DNA of 20,000 bases from Seison nebaliae (Eukaryota). This document shows positions 1-9,427 of the stretch, one piece after another. A program made the translations under genes and the position numbers. The stretch lies in NCBI GenBank assembly GCA_023231475.1, contig JALJEE010003089.1, forward strand, positions 56,870 through 76,869, in the 5' to 3' direction. The first letter of the stretch is position 1. The number at the start of each line of letters is the position of its first letter. A model generated the notes under the pieces. The model was not told the origin of the DNA and did no database searches. It saw only the letters and a program-made list of their open reading frames with translations.

Positions 1-172
1 TGGAGTAGACGATTAAAAAATGTGGTAAAGGCACGAGCGACCTGAAAGTAAAAAAAGAAAAAAGGAAATTTCGATAGAAAAAGAAATTTCCAAAAAAAAA
101 TAAGAAAAACGGAAAAGAAAAAAAGGGAAAAAAGAATATGAAACTTCCCAAATAATTTTCTTTTTTACGTAC
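1..172 (-). other. Possible intron (172..42) and the start of a downstream exon of a minus-strand gene leaving the window
   Basis: The minus strand has a GTACGT donor at 172, a long pyrimidine-rich tract, and a TTTCAG|G acceptor at 42. All three frames just upstream of the donor contain stops, so this is probably 5'UTR or an outron. Product unknown. Confidence 0.3.
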
Positions 173-609
173 CCTATTTCAAATCATCTTATGATAGTTT
201 CATTTTCAGTTTTCCAATTTCGATTTTCGATTTCGATTTGACATTTCGATTTGTGCTATAATTTTTTTTCGCCATTTCATTTCTCTCAAATGACTTCCAA
301 AACAACTAAAAACGAAACAACTTGTACGTTCATATTTTCTTCACAATTTACATCCGTTGTATACAATTAATAAATGTTTATCCCATTCTTCCAATAAAAC
401 CTACACACAAAAATCACACAAATCGATCGAAAAGTAAGATAATTTGGATGATGGTCACTTACTATAAGTTTTTTCAGTTTGTTCACTCCCGTTATATTCA
501 AGTCTTTTCTTGTTCATGCCATTCCTATTATTGTTTATGGTATTATATAGTTATATATATATTATACCAAAAATATATCTCAATAGTATACCCTCCATAT
601 AGTTGTACA

Positions 610-690
610 TTTGCACAAAAATCTGATGTTACAGAACTCACTGTCACAGAGTGTGAGAGTCACAACTCTAAAGTGAAAATTCTGTGCAAA
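610..690. repeat. 81-bp imperfect palindrome / fold-back
   Basis: TTTGCACA (610-617) and TGTGCAAA (683-690) are terminal inverted repeats. The interior aligns to its own reverse complement without gaps (e.g. ACTGTCACA / TGTGAGAGT around the centre). Confidence 0.6.
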
Positions 691-850
691 TATGATCCAT
701 GACATTTTAACTAACTAATGAAAGGTAAGTAATAATAAGATATCTCATATTTCCTATTTCTTGTTACGGAAATTATTGCAATATTTGAACATGTTCAAAT
801 TATGAACTTCATATGTCATGGTTTATGTAAGTTAAAAAACATTTTAAATT

Positions 851-941
851 TTAAGAAGAAAATTCAGAAGTAGTTCGTATTATTTGAATCGAGGTACTCG
901 AATTTGACTGAAAATAAAGAACTTCTGAAATTCTTTCTTAA
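851..941. repeat. About 90-bp fold-back, MITE-like or hairpin
   Basis: TTAAGAAGAAAATTCAGAAGT (851-871) pairs with ACTTCTGAAATTCTTTCTTAA (921-941); inner hairpin TCGAG-GTA-CTCGA. Confidence 0.55.
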
Positions 942-1083
942 TTGTGAAAACGGACAATTAGCACTTGAAGTTTTGGGCTTCTAGTTCGATGTACTTCATT
1001 GTAAAGATTAAGTCCCTTGTCTTCCCTGTAACATTTACTTCCCAATTCTCATCTATATCACAACAATTCTTAACTTTAGCCTA

Positions 1084-1185
1084 TCAATGACGTGGCACCT
1101 TATCATCTTATGACTATAAAAGGCGCAAAATGCTCATTTTTTCCAATAGAATTATTATATGTTTTGCTTAAATTATTGAGCGCTA
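1084..1185 (+). promoter_or_regulatory. Putative promoter/leader module, copy 1
   Basis: TCAATGA (1084), TATAAA (1115), CAATAGAAT (1144), TTATTGAGCGCTA (1173). The same motifs occur in the same order at 3084-3183. Confidence 0.4.
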
Positions 1186-1370
1186 TAGGGGGGTAGTTGA
1201 AAGCGCAAAATTCTGGTCAAGTTTGTGCTTTCAACTATCCTTCGTTCTTGGAAGAAGGCAAGCAGCCGGATGCTGTTCAGTGGAGCCAAAGTTCTATAGT
1301 GCGCATAGAACAGTTAATGGCTGGCAAGAACAGAAAAGGCGCTTACACATCCTATTCGTGTAGGTGAGGG
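1177..1370 (+). ncRNA. Candidate structured ncRNA R1 (family not recognised)
   Basis: Locally GC-rich. A 22-bp hairpin (1188-1209/1222-1243) has four G.U pairs and no mismatches. Other stems: GTTCTTG/CAAGAAC (1244-1250/1325-1331), GTTCTAT/ATAGAAC (1291-1297/1305-1311), AGCCA/TGGCT, and a closing stem TGAGCGCT/GGCGCTTA (1177-1184/1338-1345). No ORF in the track. Confidence 0.5.
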
Positions 1371-2161
1371 AAAAAACAACAAACAATATGGTGAACACGT
1401 TCATTGTTCCTAGAACGAAAGATGGAATGTCAAAATTTGGTAGAAGGATTAACCAAAGAATATATTATAATATAAATAAATTATAATATGGAACACGAAC
1501 CATTTCCCCATTCAATTAACCGTTTTGGCAACTCATTTCGTCATATCAATCTACTCTATGCTAATACTCTACATTCGTATCTAATTCTTCTCCTTTCTCA
1601 TTAATCTATATATTTTTTTAAAATAAACTTTAATCTTTCGGAAACTCTTCAACTTGAACACGAACTAATTCTAATTAAAATCATAAAATATTTTACAACA
1701 TATAATAAAATTTTCATCCCACAATGTTCGATTCTATTACTTCTTTTGCACTTTTTGTTACATTTATAGGTTTATCGGAACGTTTTGCTTCTAAATAAAA
1801 ACTTAATACATTGTAATTTGTTAGATGAAGTTACATAAAACTACCCATTATATTTCATAACATTCTAACAACATATGAACTTCGAGAAATATAAAATAAA
1901 TTTAATTTTCTGATTTATCTCACAATTGTCAGAATTTCCCGTTTGTAAAAGTTCAGTAAAAAATTTTGGTTTAATCTCTACCGGAAAGAAAATGTGAATC
2001 CATAATTCCAAATTAAATTTATTTCAGATAAGAAAAATGGTTTTTTTTTCAGAATTGGATCCTAATTTTTTTGGGCGATTTTCGGTACCCAGAGGTAATA
2101 AGTCGAACGTTTGAAAAGGTTGTTGGGGATATTCAGCTGAACATTTTTCGAAATTAGCCCC

Positions 2162-2217
2162 ATTTTAAAATTTAGCTTCACATTAAATTAATTTTGGATG
2201 AAGCTAAAATTTAGAAT
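2162..2217. repeat. Inverted repeat / hairpin
   Basis: TTTAGCTTCA (2171-2180) / TGAAGCTAAA (2199-2208) is a perfect 10-bp pair, extendable outward by about 9 imperfect bp. Confidence 0.5.
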
Positions 2218-2380
2218 ATTCAGAATTGTAAAATGAATTGTTTTTGATAGCTAAGAACATTTGTCAGATTGTCATCGAACGATATTAACGTTTCAATAAT
2301 TTACAACGTCATTCATACATCAAAATTTTTTTACTCTCATTATTTTAGAAATTGAATAGTGAAGGACCATATAACAAATG

Positions 2381-2718
2381 GAGATTCGACTAGAGAATTA
2401 GAAATAGTCAAATTGGCAATCCTAATGTTGGATTAGGTATTGAGGAAGATGAAATCAACATCGGATTCATTTTGCCTTCCACGATCACAATTCGGGACGA
2501 TGCTGCCAGAGAATTGTCAATTAGAGAGTAACCTCTTTGGTCTCCTAATTGACAATTCCTGATAATGGCAAAAGTGGTTGCAATGTTGGAAATCAATGGA
2601 CAACATGAAGAAAAGGGAAATCAAATGGAAGTAAATTCTCAAGCGCATTGGAAAGACTGTTCCTTCAGCGTGGAACAGTTGAATAATTTCGAAATAATGA
2701 GAATTTCTAGTCAATCTC
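2381..2718 (+). ncRNA. Candidate structured ncRNA R2
   Basis: Long-range closing stem GAGATT-c-GACTAGAGA (2381-2396) / TTTCTAGTC-AATCTC (2704-2718). Perfect 14-bp central stem GAATTGTCAATTAG/CTAATTGACAATTC (2511-2524/2545-2558) capped by ACCTCTTTGG. Also a CTGTTCC/GGAACAG hairpin near 2657-2678. Confidence 0.45.
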
Positions 2719-3083
2719 TAAGAGTCTTCATAAAGAACCTTTCTACCTTATCAATTGAACAATATTTTCAACAGTTTACATAAAAACATTTATTCTATTT
2801 CCAAACTATTTTCTCTTTTCAATGCGAAAATCATTTTGTAAAGTATTTATTATCAAATAAATTATTTATTTCTCTAAATAACAAATCCGATATTTCTTTC
2901 CCTCAATTTTATTCGGTTCAAATTCTCATTTTTTAATTAATTTAAATTAAATTAATTAAGATTAATTTATTTATTGTTATTTTATTATTAATATTTTTAG
3001 AGCCAAAATTTAAAAATTATCCAAATGTGAAAAAGTCATTATAATATTGTACCAATCATTTCTTTTTCCCACTCCCATCCATG

Positions 3084-3183
3084 TCAGTGAATTGCTGCTT
3101 TGCTCAATTAACTAATATAAATAGACGAAAAAATTCAATAGAATCAATTTACTTTTTTTTAACGTTTTTATTATTGTGCGCTA
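3084..3183 (+). promoter_or_regulatory. Putative promoter/leader module, copy 2
   Basis: TCAGTGA (3084), TATAAA (3116), CAATAGAAT (3136), TTATTGTGCGCTA (3171). Matches the module at 1084-1185. Confidence 0.4.
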
Positions 3184-3493
3184 CCCGAGAATTCCAGCGG
3201 ATTTTTGAGAAAAATGATCTCAATTATCAGTCAAGGAGATCATTTCCAACTAATTTCGGATATGGTTTCCTCCGAGAAATGATGGTATGGCATTTCCTTC
3301 AGAAAAGATGACCCAATCTGCTGACTACCTCTTTGGAGCGCAGATTGGGTTTATCTGGACAATATCTTGGAGGAAAAAGAGGAAAATTGAAAATGATTGG
3401 GAACGAAGTGTCATTTCCAAAAAGGATGATGGAAATGCCTTCGTTCAATTATTCTCACCCGTTACTCTAATGGAACATGTTATGGTGGTAATA
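3172..3493 (+). ncRNA. Candidate structured ncRNA R3
   Basis: Hairpins: AAATGATCTC/GAGATCATTT (3212-3221/3236-3245); ACCCAATCTGC/GCAGATTGGGT (3311-3321/3340-3350, loop region contains ACCTCTTTGG); GAACGAAG..CATTTCCA/TGGAAATG..CTTCGTTC (3401-3419/3430-3446). Nested closing helices: GCTACC/GGTGGT, TTCCA/TGGAA, TGAGAA/TTCTCA. Confidence 0.5.
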
Positions 3494-3564
3494 CTCATTC
3501 CAAATCAATTTTTTACGGAATTTCTTATACTCTCTACTCTCAAACAAAAAACGCCAATTACACC

Positions 3565-3672
3565 TTTTCCAAATCAATTTTTTAACAAAAACTTGAAAAT
3601 TTTCCAAATCATTTTTTTAACAAAAATAAAAAATTTTCCAAATCATTTTTTTAACGAAAATAAAAAATTTTG
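3565..3672. repeat. About 34-bp tandem minisatellite, about 3 copies
   Basis: TTTTCCAAATCA(A/T)TTTTTTAAC(A/G)AAAA...AAAA repeats at about 3565, 3600 and 3633; a partial copy lies at about 3498. Confidence 0.8.
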
Positions 3673-3875
3673 AAAATATTATAAAAAAAAACGACGTTAA
3701 TTCAGCACTAAATTTCAATATATGTAATAGAATACTAATTGCTAAATGAATAGGAAGAGAATGAGTAACAACGAGGAAAGCATAATGTATTAAAATAAAC
3801 TATAAAAAAAAGGAAGAACGATTAATTGGAGGAGACGATAGAAAAATGAAGAATAAATTACTAAAATGGTATTTT

Positions 3876-5006
3876 TTAATTTTCCTGATCTAAGCGAAAT
3901 AAAACGTCTTCTATGATATCTTCAGCGTAAGATAAAGATTTATTGTTTTGTGCAAATCCTAAATGACCACCGCCATCGATAAGAATGAGTGCCAAATTTT
4001 CGTTTTGTTTGATATGATCGAATGGAATGGCTGATTCCGGAGAGAAATCGTCATCATTGGCATTGATGAACAATGTTTTCGTTTTGATTAATTCTACTGA
4101 TTTGATGAGTAGTGCATCATTATAATATTCGTCTACATTTCGATATCCGAAAAGTGGAGCTGTCAAAATATTGTCGAATTCCTTAACAGTTCTCGTCTTT
4201 TGTATTTGAGTAAAATCGACAAGAGACATATAATGAGTGGCATGATATTTTTTCACCATCTCTTTCAGATTATTTAATAGATATCGAATATAAAGGAAAT
4301 TGTTAATGAAACCATCGAGATTCTCACTCGTTTTGAAGAGATCGAAAGGTGACGAATTCATAATGGCACAATCGATCGGAGTGTTTGGTGTTCTTCTCAA
4401 ATAATTACCTAACAATAATCCACCTAACGAATTGCCAATAACATAAAGTTTTTTTGACTGATTGAATTCTTTTTTAACATAATCAATAACATTCACTAAA
4501 TCATCGATATATGTAGCGGAATAAGATTTCATCGTTTTCAATTCACATTTAATTCCTCGATAATTCATCACAACAATTCGCATCAAATGTTCTTCCGACA
4601 TTCGTTTCGACAAATGAGTAATATATGTCGCATTACTATTACCAGTAAGTCCGGGAAGTATGAGAATGGTGGAGGAAATGGGATCGGAATTATCGACGAT
4701 ATCTAACGCCAATTGACCACCATCATCGAATTCGATAATATGTCGTCGATAGACGGGACGAATTCGTCTTCTAATATACGACGTGCCGATCGTGCTAAAA
4801 TACGAATTGAAGAACCAAAACGGAGAATTGGCATAACCATCAACGACTGGTGCACTCTTATTCAAAAATTGATTCCATGTTGAATTGGCATTTGTGAAAA
4901 TTTGGGTCTTTCTTGTACGCAAAATATTTCTCGTCAACTTTATCAAAAAATAGCAGAGACAGATGACAATTAGCAAGGAAATAAGGGAGCAATAATCGAT
5001 TGCCAT
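3876..5006 (-). CDS. Alpha/beta hydrolase, ABHD1/2/3 (YheT-like) family, single exon
   Basis: N-terminal TM helix; DGGQLALD; LILPGLTG..S...Y; NYRG; nucleophile motif GNSLGG; EFD..LTAPLFGY...DEYY; catalytic Asp in NANDDDF; catalytic His in GGHLGF. The first ATG is at 5006 (the track starts at an upstream TTG, 5012). Confidence 0.92.
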   Translation of the reverse strand: MAIDYCSLISLLIVICLCYFLIKLTRNILRTRKTQIFTNANSTWNQFLNKSAPVVDGYANSPFWFFNSYFSTIGTSYIRRRIRPVYRRHIIEFDDGGQLALDIVDNSDPISSTILILPGLTGNSNATYITHLSKRMSEEHLMRIVVMNYRGIKCELKTMKSYSATYIDDLVNVIDYVKKEFNQSKKLYVIGNSLGGLLLGNYLRRTPNTPIDCAIMNSSPFDLFKTSENLDGFINNFLYIRYLLNNLKEMVKKYHATHYMSLVDFTQIQKTRTVKEFDNILTAPLFGYRNVDEYYNDALLIKSVELIKTKTLFINANDDDFSPESAIPFDHIKQNENLALILIDGGGHLGFAQNNKSLSYAEDIIEDVLFRLDQEN

Positions 5007-6759
5007 TATCAATTATTACATCAAAGCTAAACTCACAAATTCTTCATTTAATCAAATCAACTTTCTCACTAATGTCAAACAGAAAATGAATTATAATCGA
5101 ATTTCACTTATCAAATTTCATTATGGTCCTTTCCATTTCGTTTTAATTTGAACCTGTTCGGTTTCAATTTCCAACTTCTCCTTTTTCAACTCATTTTTCT
5201 CATAATTCCCAAATTAATTTCGGACTCTTTAATTTGTGCCGATGGAAAAAGTTCAAATTATCTAATTCGTCACATAACATTATTTAATAGGACAATTGAA
5301 CAATTGAGAGTTGAAGTTGAAAGTTGAAAGAAATGAGAGAAAACTTAAAAAAGATTCGAATAATATACATATATTCGTATATTCTATATTGTATATTGAT
5401 AGTTAGGTAGGACATTTTCCATAGATATGTATTAGAAAATAATCGTCAATTTTAATGTATTGATATAATAAAATGAAAAGTGCGTTTGGTAGTATTACTA
5501 CCCATAGAGAAGGTACTAGTTAAAATTGAAGAGATAATTATATCTAATATAAGAATGTTGTTAATCGAATGAATGTGAAATCAACAACATGTCGACATGT
5601 TGAAGAGATGAAATATATTTATATTATTTATGAACTCTACCAACCACATTACTCTCATACAACTGCTGTATAACCGTCTGCTCATATTGAATAATAACTA
5701 CTTTTGTGAAAATAACAAATTTTGTCTATTACTCGTTTCATTCGAGTTCGTTCCTCCAATTGGACAATTTATCATTTTGGATTCATTCTTATAAAATCCT
5801 TTTGACGGGTTTCTCTTTTGGGTAGGAAAATATTGGCATTTATTAATACTCATATTTTGGAAAGAATCATCAGTCGAAATGAAAGAAGAGTGAAAGAAGA
5901 AATTAATTTGGAGAATATCTCGAATTTGAACGGGAGAAAATGATGAATAATAATTAATTACATCTGGATTAGAAATTCTAATTTAGACTGAATATTTATG
6001 AAAATATTTTATTGGAAAAATAAAAAAGAATCGTTACATGATGATGTCCGCTGAGCGGACTCCGCTCATTTCTCTTCAATATCTGTTTTTTAGCATCAAT
6101 GTTTTTACCTTCGAATATTTTCTAATTGTTTGAGAACGAACTTTTCGATTGTGGACAGTTATTTCTGTCGGACATTTATCTCATTGGTATTTAAAGAAGT
6201 TTTTCCTTTATTCAATAACAGTAAACAGATGTTCGTAAATTTTGATGATATATTCGAATTAGAAAATACTTAATCTAATTTATTGCACTTGTCACATGCT
6301 CCGTTAAGTTCTGAAAAGGATTTGAACGTTTTCCTAAGGACAATTGGAGAGAGAAGAAAAAATTCCTCAAAATAAAAAAAAGTCGTTTGTTGTTTAGTGG
6401 AGCGAGCCAGTGGTAATATGTTGTCCGATGAAGTGGTGGATTCTCTATCAATAAAACGTATTTATATCACCAAGATCTATGAATGCTTATATGCATAGTT
6501 GGATAAGATTGATGAAAGAACCATTTTATTTTGATGTAAAAAAATAAAGAATACCTTGAATGGAAGGTCAACAATAATTTCACCATATAAATAGATGTAA
6601 TAGGAGTTCGTAATGACGATATTCTCCATTAAACTTCCTATTACTTTTCACAATTCTTTCTTTTTTCTTTAAGAGGCATGTTCAGTTGGGAAGAGTTTTA
6701 ATGAATAATTCTAAATTGAAAATTTTGTTGGAAAGTTGGAGTAGATATTGTAAGAACAA

Positions 6760-7719
6760 ATGAATAATACTTCACATGAACCGCGACGGAGTCGGATCGT
6801 CATTCATGATAAGGAGAAAGAATACAATAAACGTTTCGATCATTTCCTCACTAATTTTACGAAACTCCTCGAATCTCAGTTACCATATAACGGAGGAAAT
6901 AAGAAAAATAAGAATTGTTTCGCTACGTCGGAATTAGAAGAAAAACTTAAAAATATTCAACGTGATGTCCATTTTGTATCGACTCTTCCACCCGATCAAT
7001 ACTTTAATTATTTCTTTTCCATCGTTCAACAAGTGGGACCATGTTGCGGTGTAGCGGCTATCATGACTTGTCTCTCCGCTATCAATCGATTGATTAATCG
7101 GAATGACCAAATTGTCAATGAGAGTTTTGGAATAGAATTACTAAATTTCTTATATGACAATCGACTGTCGAATCGGGGAGAGATTATGACGAATAAATAT
7201 ATGAGGAAATTGGCCGTATTCGCCGTTAATCAGCTTGTTGATCGATTAGAAACTACGAAAAATATTCAATGTGAAATATCAATAGAGAATGTGGATAATT
7301 TATTGATCGATATCGACGACACTAATCAACTCGATTTGGCATTAGTGGCTTATGACAAGGACAAGAATAATGGACCATGTCAACGGACGGGAGAGAAAGC
7401 ACACTGGTCTTGCATTGTGGGGAAAGCAAGATTATTCAATGGTAATAAATATTTACTTCAAAAGAAACGACTTCCCAAAGATGAATTCTATGATACATAT
7501 GTCATTGCATTACAAGGCAAATCGAAACTATTCGGTATATGGTCCAGAAGTAAATTTATCGGAAGTAATAAACAACTTCAACGTATTCCAGAACGATATC
7601 TCCACAAAGAAGATAATGGAAATATCATCTCACAACTACAAGTGCCAACTAATAATATCAATTGTCTGGGCGACATGTTAGCTAACGAATACGTTCGAAT
7701 TAAATGTAAAATTAATTAA
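6760..7719 (+). CDS. ACTMAP: Actin maturation protease (C19orf54/UPF0692 family cysteine protease), single exon
   Basis: Family motifs SIVQQVGPCCGVAA (catalytic Cys region), LVAYDKDKNNGPCQRTGEKAHWSCIVG (catalytic His) and QGKSK...IW.......SN.QL. Confidence 0.88.
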   Translation: MNNTSHEPRRSRIVIHDKEKEYNKRFDHFLTNFTKLLESQLPYNGGNKKNKNCFATSELEEKLKNIQRDVHFVSTLPPDQYFNYFFSIVQQVGPCCGVAAIMTCLSAINRLINRNDQIVNESFGIELLNFLYDNRLSNRGEIMTNKYMRKLAVFAVNQLVDRLETTKNIQCEISIENVDNLLIDIDDTNQLDLALVAYDKDKNNGPCQRTGEKAHWSCIVGKARLFNGNKYLLQKKRLPKDEFYDTYVIALQGKSKLFGIWSRSKFIGSNKQLQRIPERYLHKEDNGNIISQLQVPTNNINCLGDMLANEYVRIKCKIN

Positions 7720-8286
7720 ATTTTTCTATTTATATGATTTCTATTTATTTCCATCAATTCACATTTCAATCACATTTCTTCTTTCACACAATTACACAGT
7801 GTTTAAAGTAAAGTTTTTAGATGAAAAAGAAATTCTTTTGATTTGTGAAACGAGCAAAAATTAAATGTTCTCATTGTTAATTAAAATAATTCTCATTCTT
7901 ATTCTTTCTGTTAAAGAGTGAACAGTCAGAATGAATATTTTTGGAGAATTTGTTTTAAAAAAGTTGTTTTAATGCAAAATTGGGTAAGAAAAATGAAGTA
8001 TCTTTTTTTTTAAAAAAAACTTATTTTTTTTTGTGAGTTATTGACAAAAAATAAAATATTGTCTTCTTAAACAAGTGAAAGATGAAGAAGAAATTTCGAA
8101 GGAGATTCATTTGAACAATAACAATTAAATCAGTTTATTCTAATAATAAGAATAATATGAGGGTTATACGTATGAATTGATGAATTAAAAAAAGAAAACG
8201 ATAAAGAAGAAAAAATATGAAATATTCATTCGAGTAAATTTCGAATTTTGTTGGGGGATTGGTCGAGAGGAAAGAAGAAAAAAATA

Positions 8287-9195
8287 TTAAGCGTCTTTTA
8301 GTCTTTCTGAATTTTTGGTTGCCGATTCACCCAAATCCAACAAAGGAAAAATGATTTGATATAAGAAGAACCATAAGAGTGTAGCGATTGAAAAGGAAAT
8401 GATCTTCTCAAGAAATGTGTGGAAATAGAGTGAAGTGCAAACGTAAGCTACTTCGTAAATAATAACAGTAACTCCGGAAAAGATCAAGAGGATCTTATTT
8501 CGAATGAAGGCTACTGAAGTATCAGTTTTTCCATGACAACATCGAAAAGAATTTATCTCCTCATTCAACATGAATAAGGAGAATGTTAAGAGGAAAATGT
8601 GACCGCTGATATCGAAACTTTTCCACGAATGTCCCGCCAGACGACAATGATTTTTTGTGTTGAATTTTGGAAGAAGACGATCCTCCAATTCGTGGAGACA
8701 AATACCAAAATAATTCCCTTCCAAATAATTCCAAGAATGATTGAGAATAAACCAGATTACACTACAAATTATCGGTCGTAGCCAAATCTTTCCGTTCCGT
8801 TCGTGTACACATTTCTCTTTGGAAGTGATGGAAACGATAGATAAGGAGAGTGGCAATAACCATCCGATACGACCGATTAAGATGTTCAGCCAATTGTCTT
8901 TTCGAGCGAAATAAGTTTTTGTAATGAAATTTTTCTCTTTGATAATCGAACAGAAAAGTATTATCGCCAAATAAATGAAGAGTTTCGTGTACAATGGAGA
9001 GAAGACGATTCTCGTTAATAATTTCCCCAACGTCAATCTTTTCTCTTCTCTCCGTCGACTATTTTGAGTGAATGACGATTGATGACGATTTACACCTCCA
9101 TCATGAGAGGTAGATGATTGTGTCAATCGTTTCCCTTCCCACAATTTCCAATCAGAATTATTATTATTATTCTGATTCAATGTTCTTTTATTCAT
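8287..9195 (-). CDS. FITM: Fat storage-inducing transmembrane protein (FIT/Scs3 family acyl-CoA diphosphatase), single exon
   Basis: YFARKDNWLN, multiple TM helices, luminal C..C...GHSW.SFDISGHIFLL, NEE, and TSLYFHTFLEK, which include both FIT2-type catalytic His motifs. Confidence 0.92.
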   Translation of the reverse strand: MNKRTLNQNNNNNSDWKLWEGKRLTQSSTSHDGGVNRHQSSFTQNSRRREEKRLTLGKLLTRIVFSPLYTKLFIYLAIILFCSIIKEKNFITKTYFARKDNWLNILIGRIGWLLPLSLSIVSITSKEKCVHERNGKIWLRPIICSVIWFILNHSWNYLEGNYFGICLHELEDRLLPKFNTKNHCRLAGHSWKSFDISGHIFLLTFSLFMLNEEINSFRCCHGKTDTSVAFIRNKILLIFSGVTVIIYEVAYVCTSLYFHTFLEKIISFSIATLLWFFLYQIIFPLLDLGESATKNSERLKDA

Positions 9196-9427
9196 CTTTT
9201 CCCCAACAAATAATGATTTGTTATATCATCTCACATAATTTTATCTCATTATTAAAAATTTAGAAGAAAAAACTAAATTTTTTAAAAAGAAAAATTTTTT
9301 TATTTTCTTTCATTCAAATATCAAGCTTCCAATTTACAATCAAAACTCAATTTTTCTTCATTTTCCTTAGCGTTTTCTTTCTATTTCTATTCGCGCCCTT
9401 CGTCCCTTTTTCGTCTTCTAAACGTTC
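9196..9427. promoter_or_regulatory. Putative bidirectional promoter region
   Basis: Only 232 bp separate the divergent ATGs of FITM (-) and RETREG-like (+). Confidence 0.5.

Noticed and set aside
322..702. 126-aa ORF
   Set aside because: Starts at TTG, has a low-complexity I/Y/F-rich composition typical of AT-rich noncoding DNA, and shows no motif.
1177..1460. R1 as RNase P/MRP, SRP or U3 RNA
   Set aside because: Only short resemblances (CAGTGGAGCCA, AGTTAATGGCTG). The P4-forming CR-I/CR-V pair, SRP helix 8 and U3 boxes could not be found.
3176..3500. GTGCG start suggesting a group II intron
   Set aside because: No domain V/VI sequence is present.
2408..3673. Short ORFs over R2, R3 and the minisatellite
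   Set aside because: Overlapping on both strands with no recognisable domains or consistent splice model; the 3287-3673 ORF is extended by the tandem repeat.
5800..5875. Minus-strand CTGATGA...GAAA hammerhead-like core
   Set aside because: Stems I-III cannot be formed in register.
6038..6054. ATGATGA plus CTGA as C/D snoRNA boxes
   Set aside because: The boxes are only 6 nt apart, with no distal D box or terminal stem.
6281..6302. TATTGCACTTGTC, identical to the first 13 nt of miR-92
   Set aside because: No complementary arm upstream or downstream, so no precursor hairpin.
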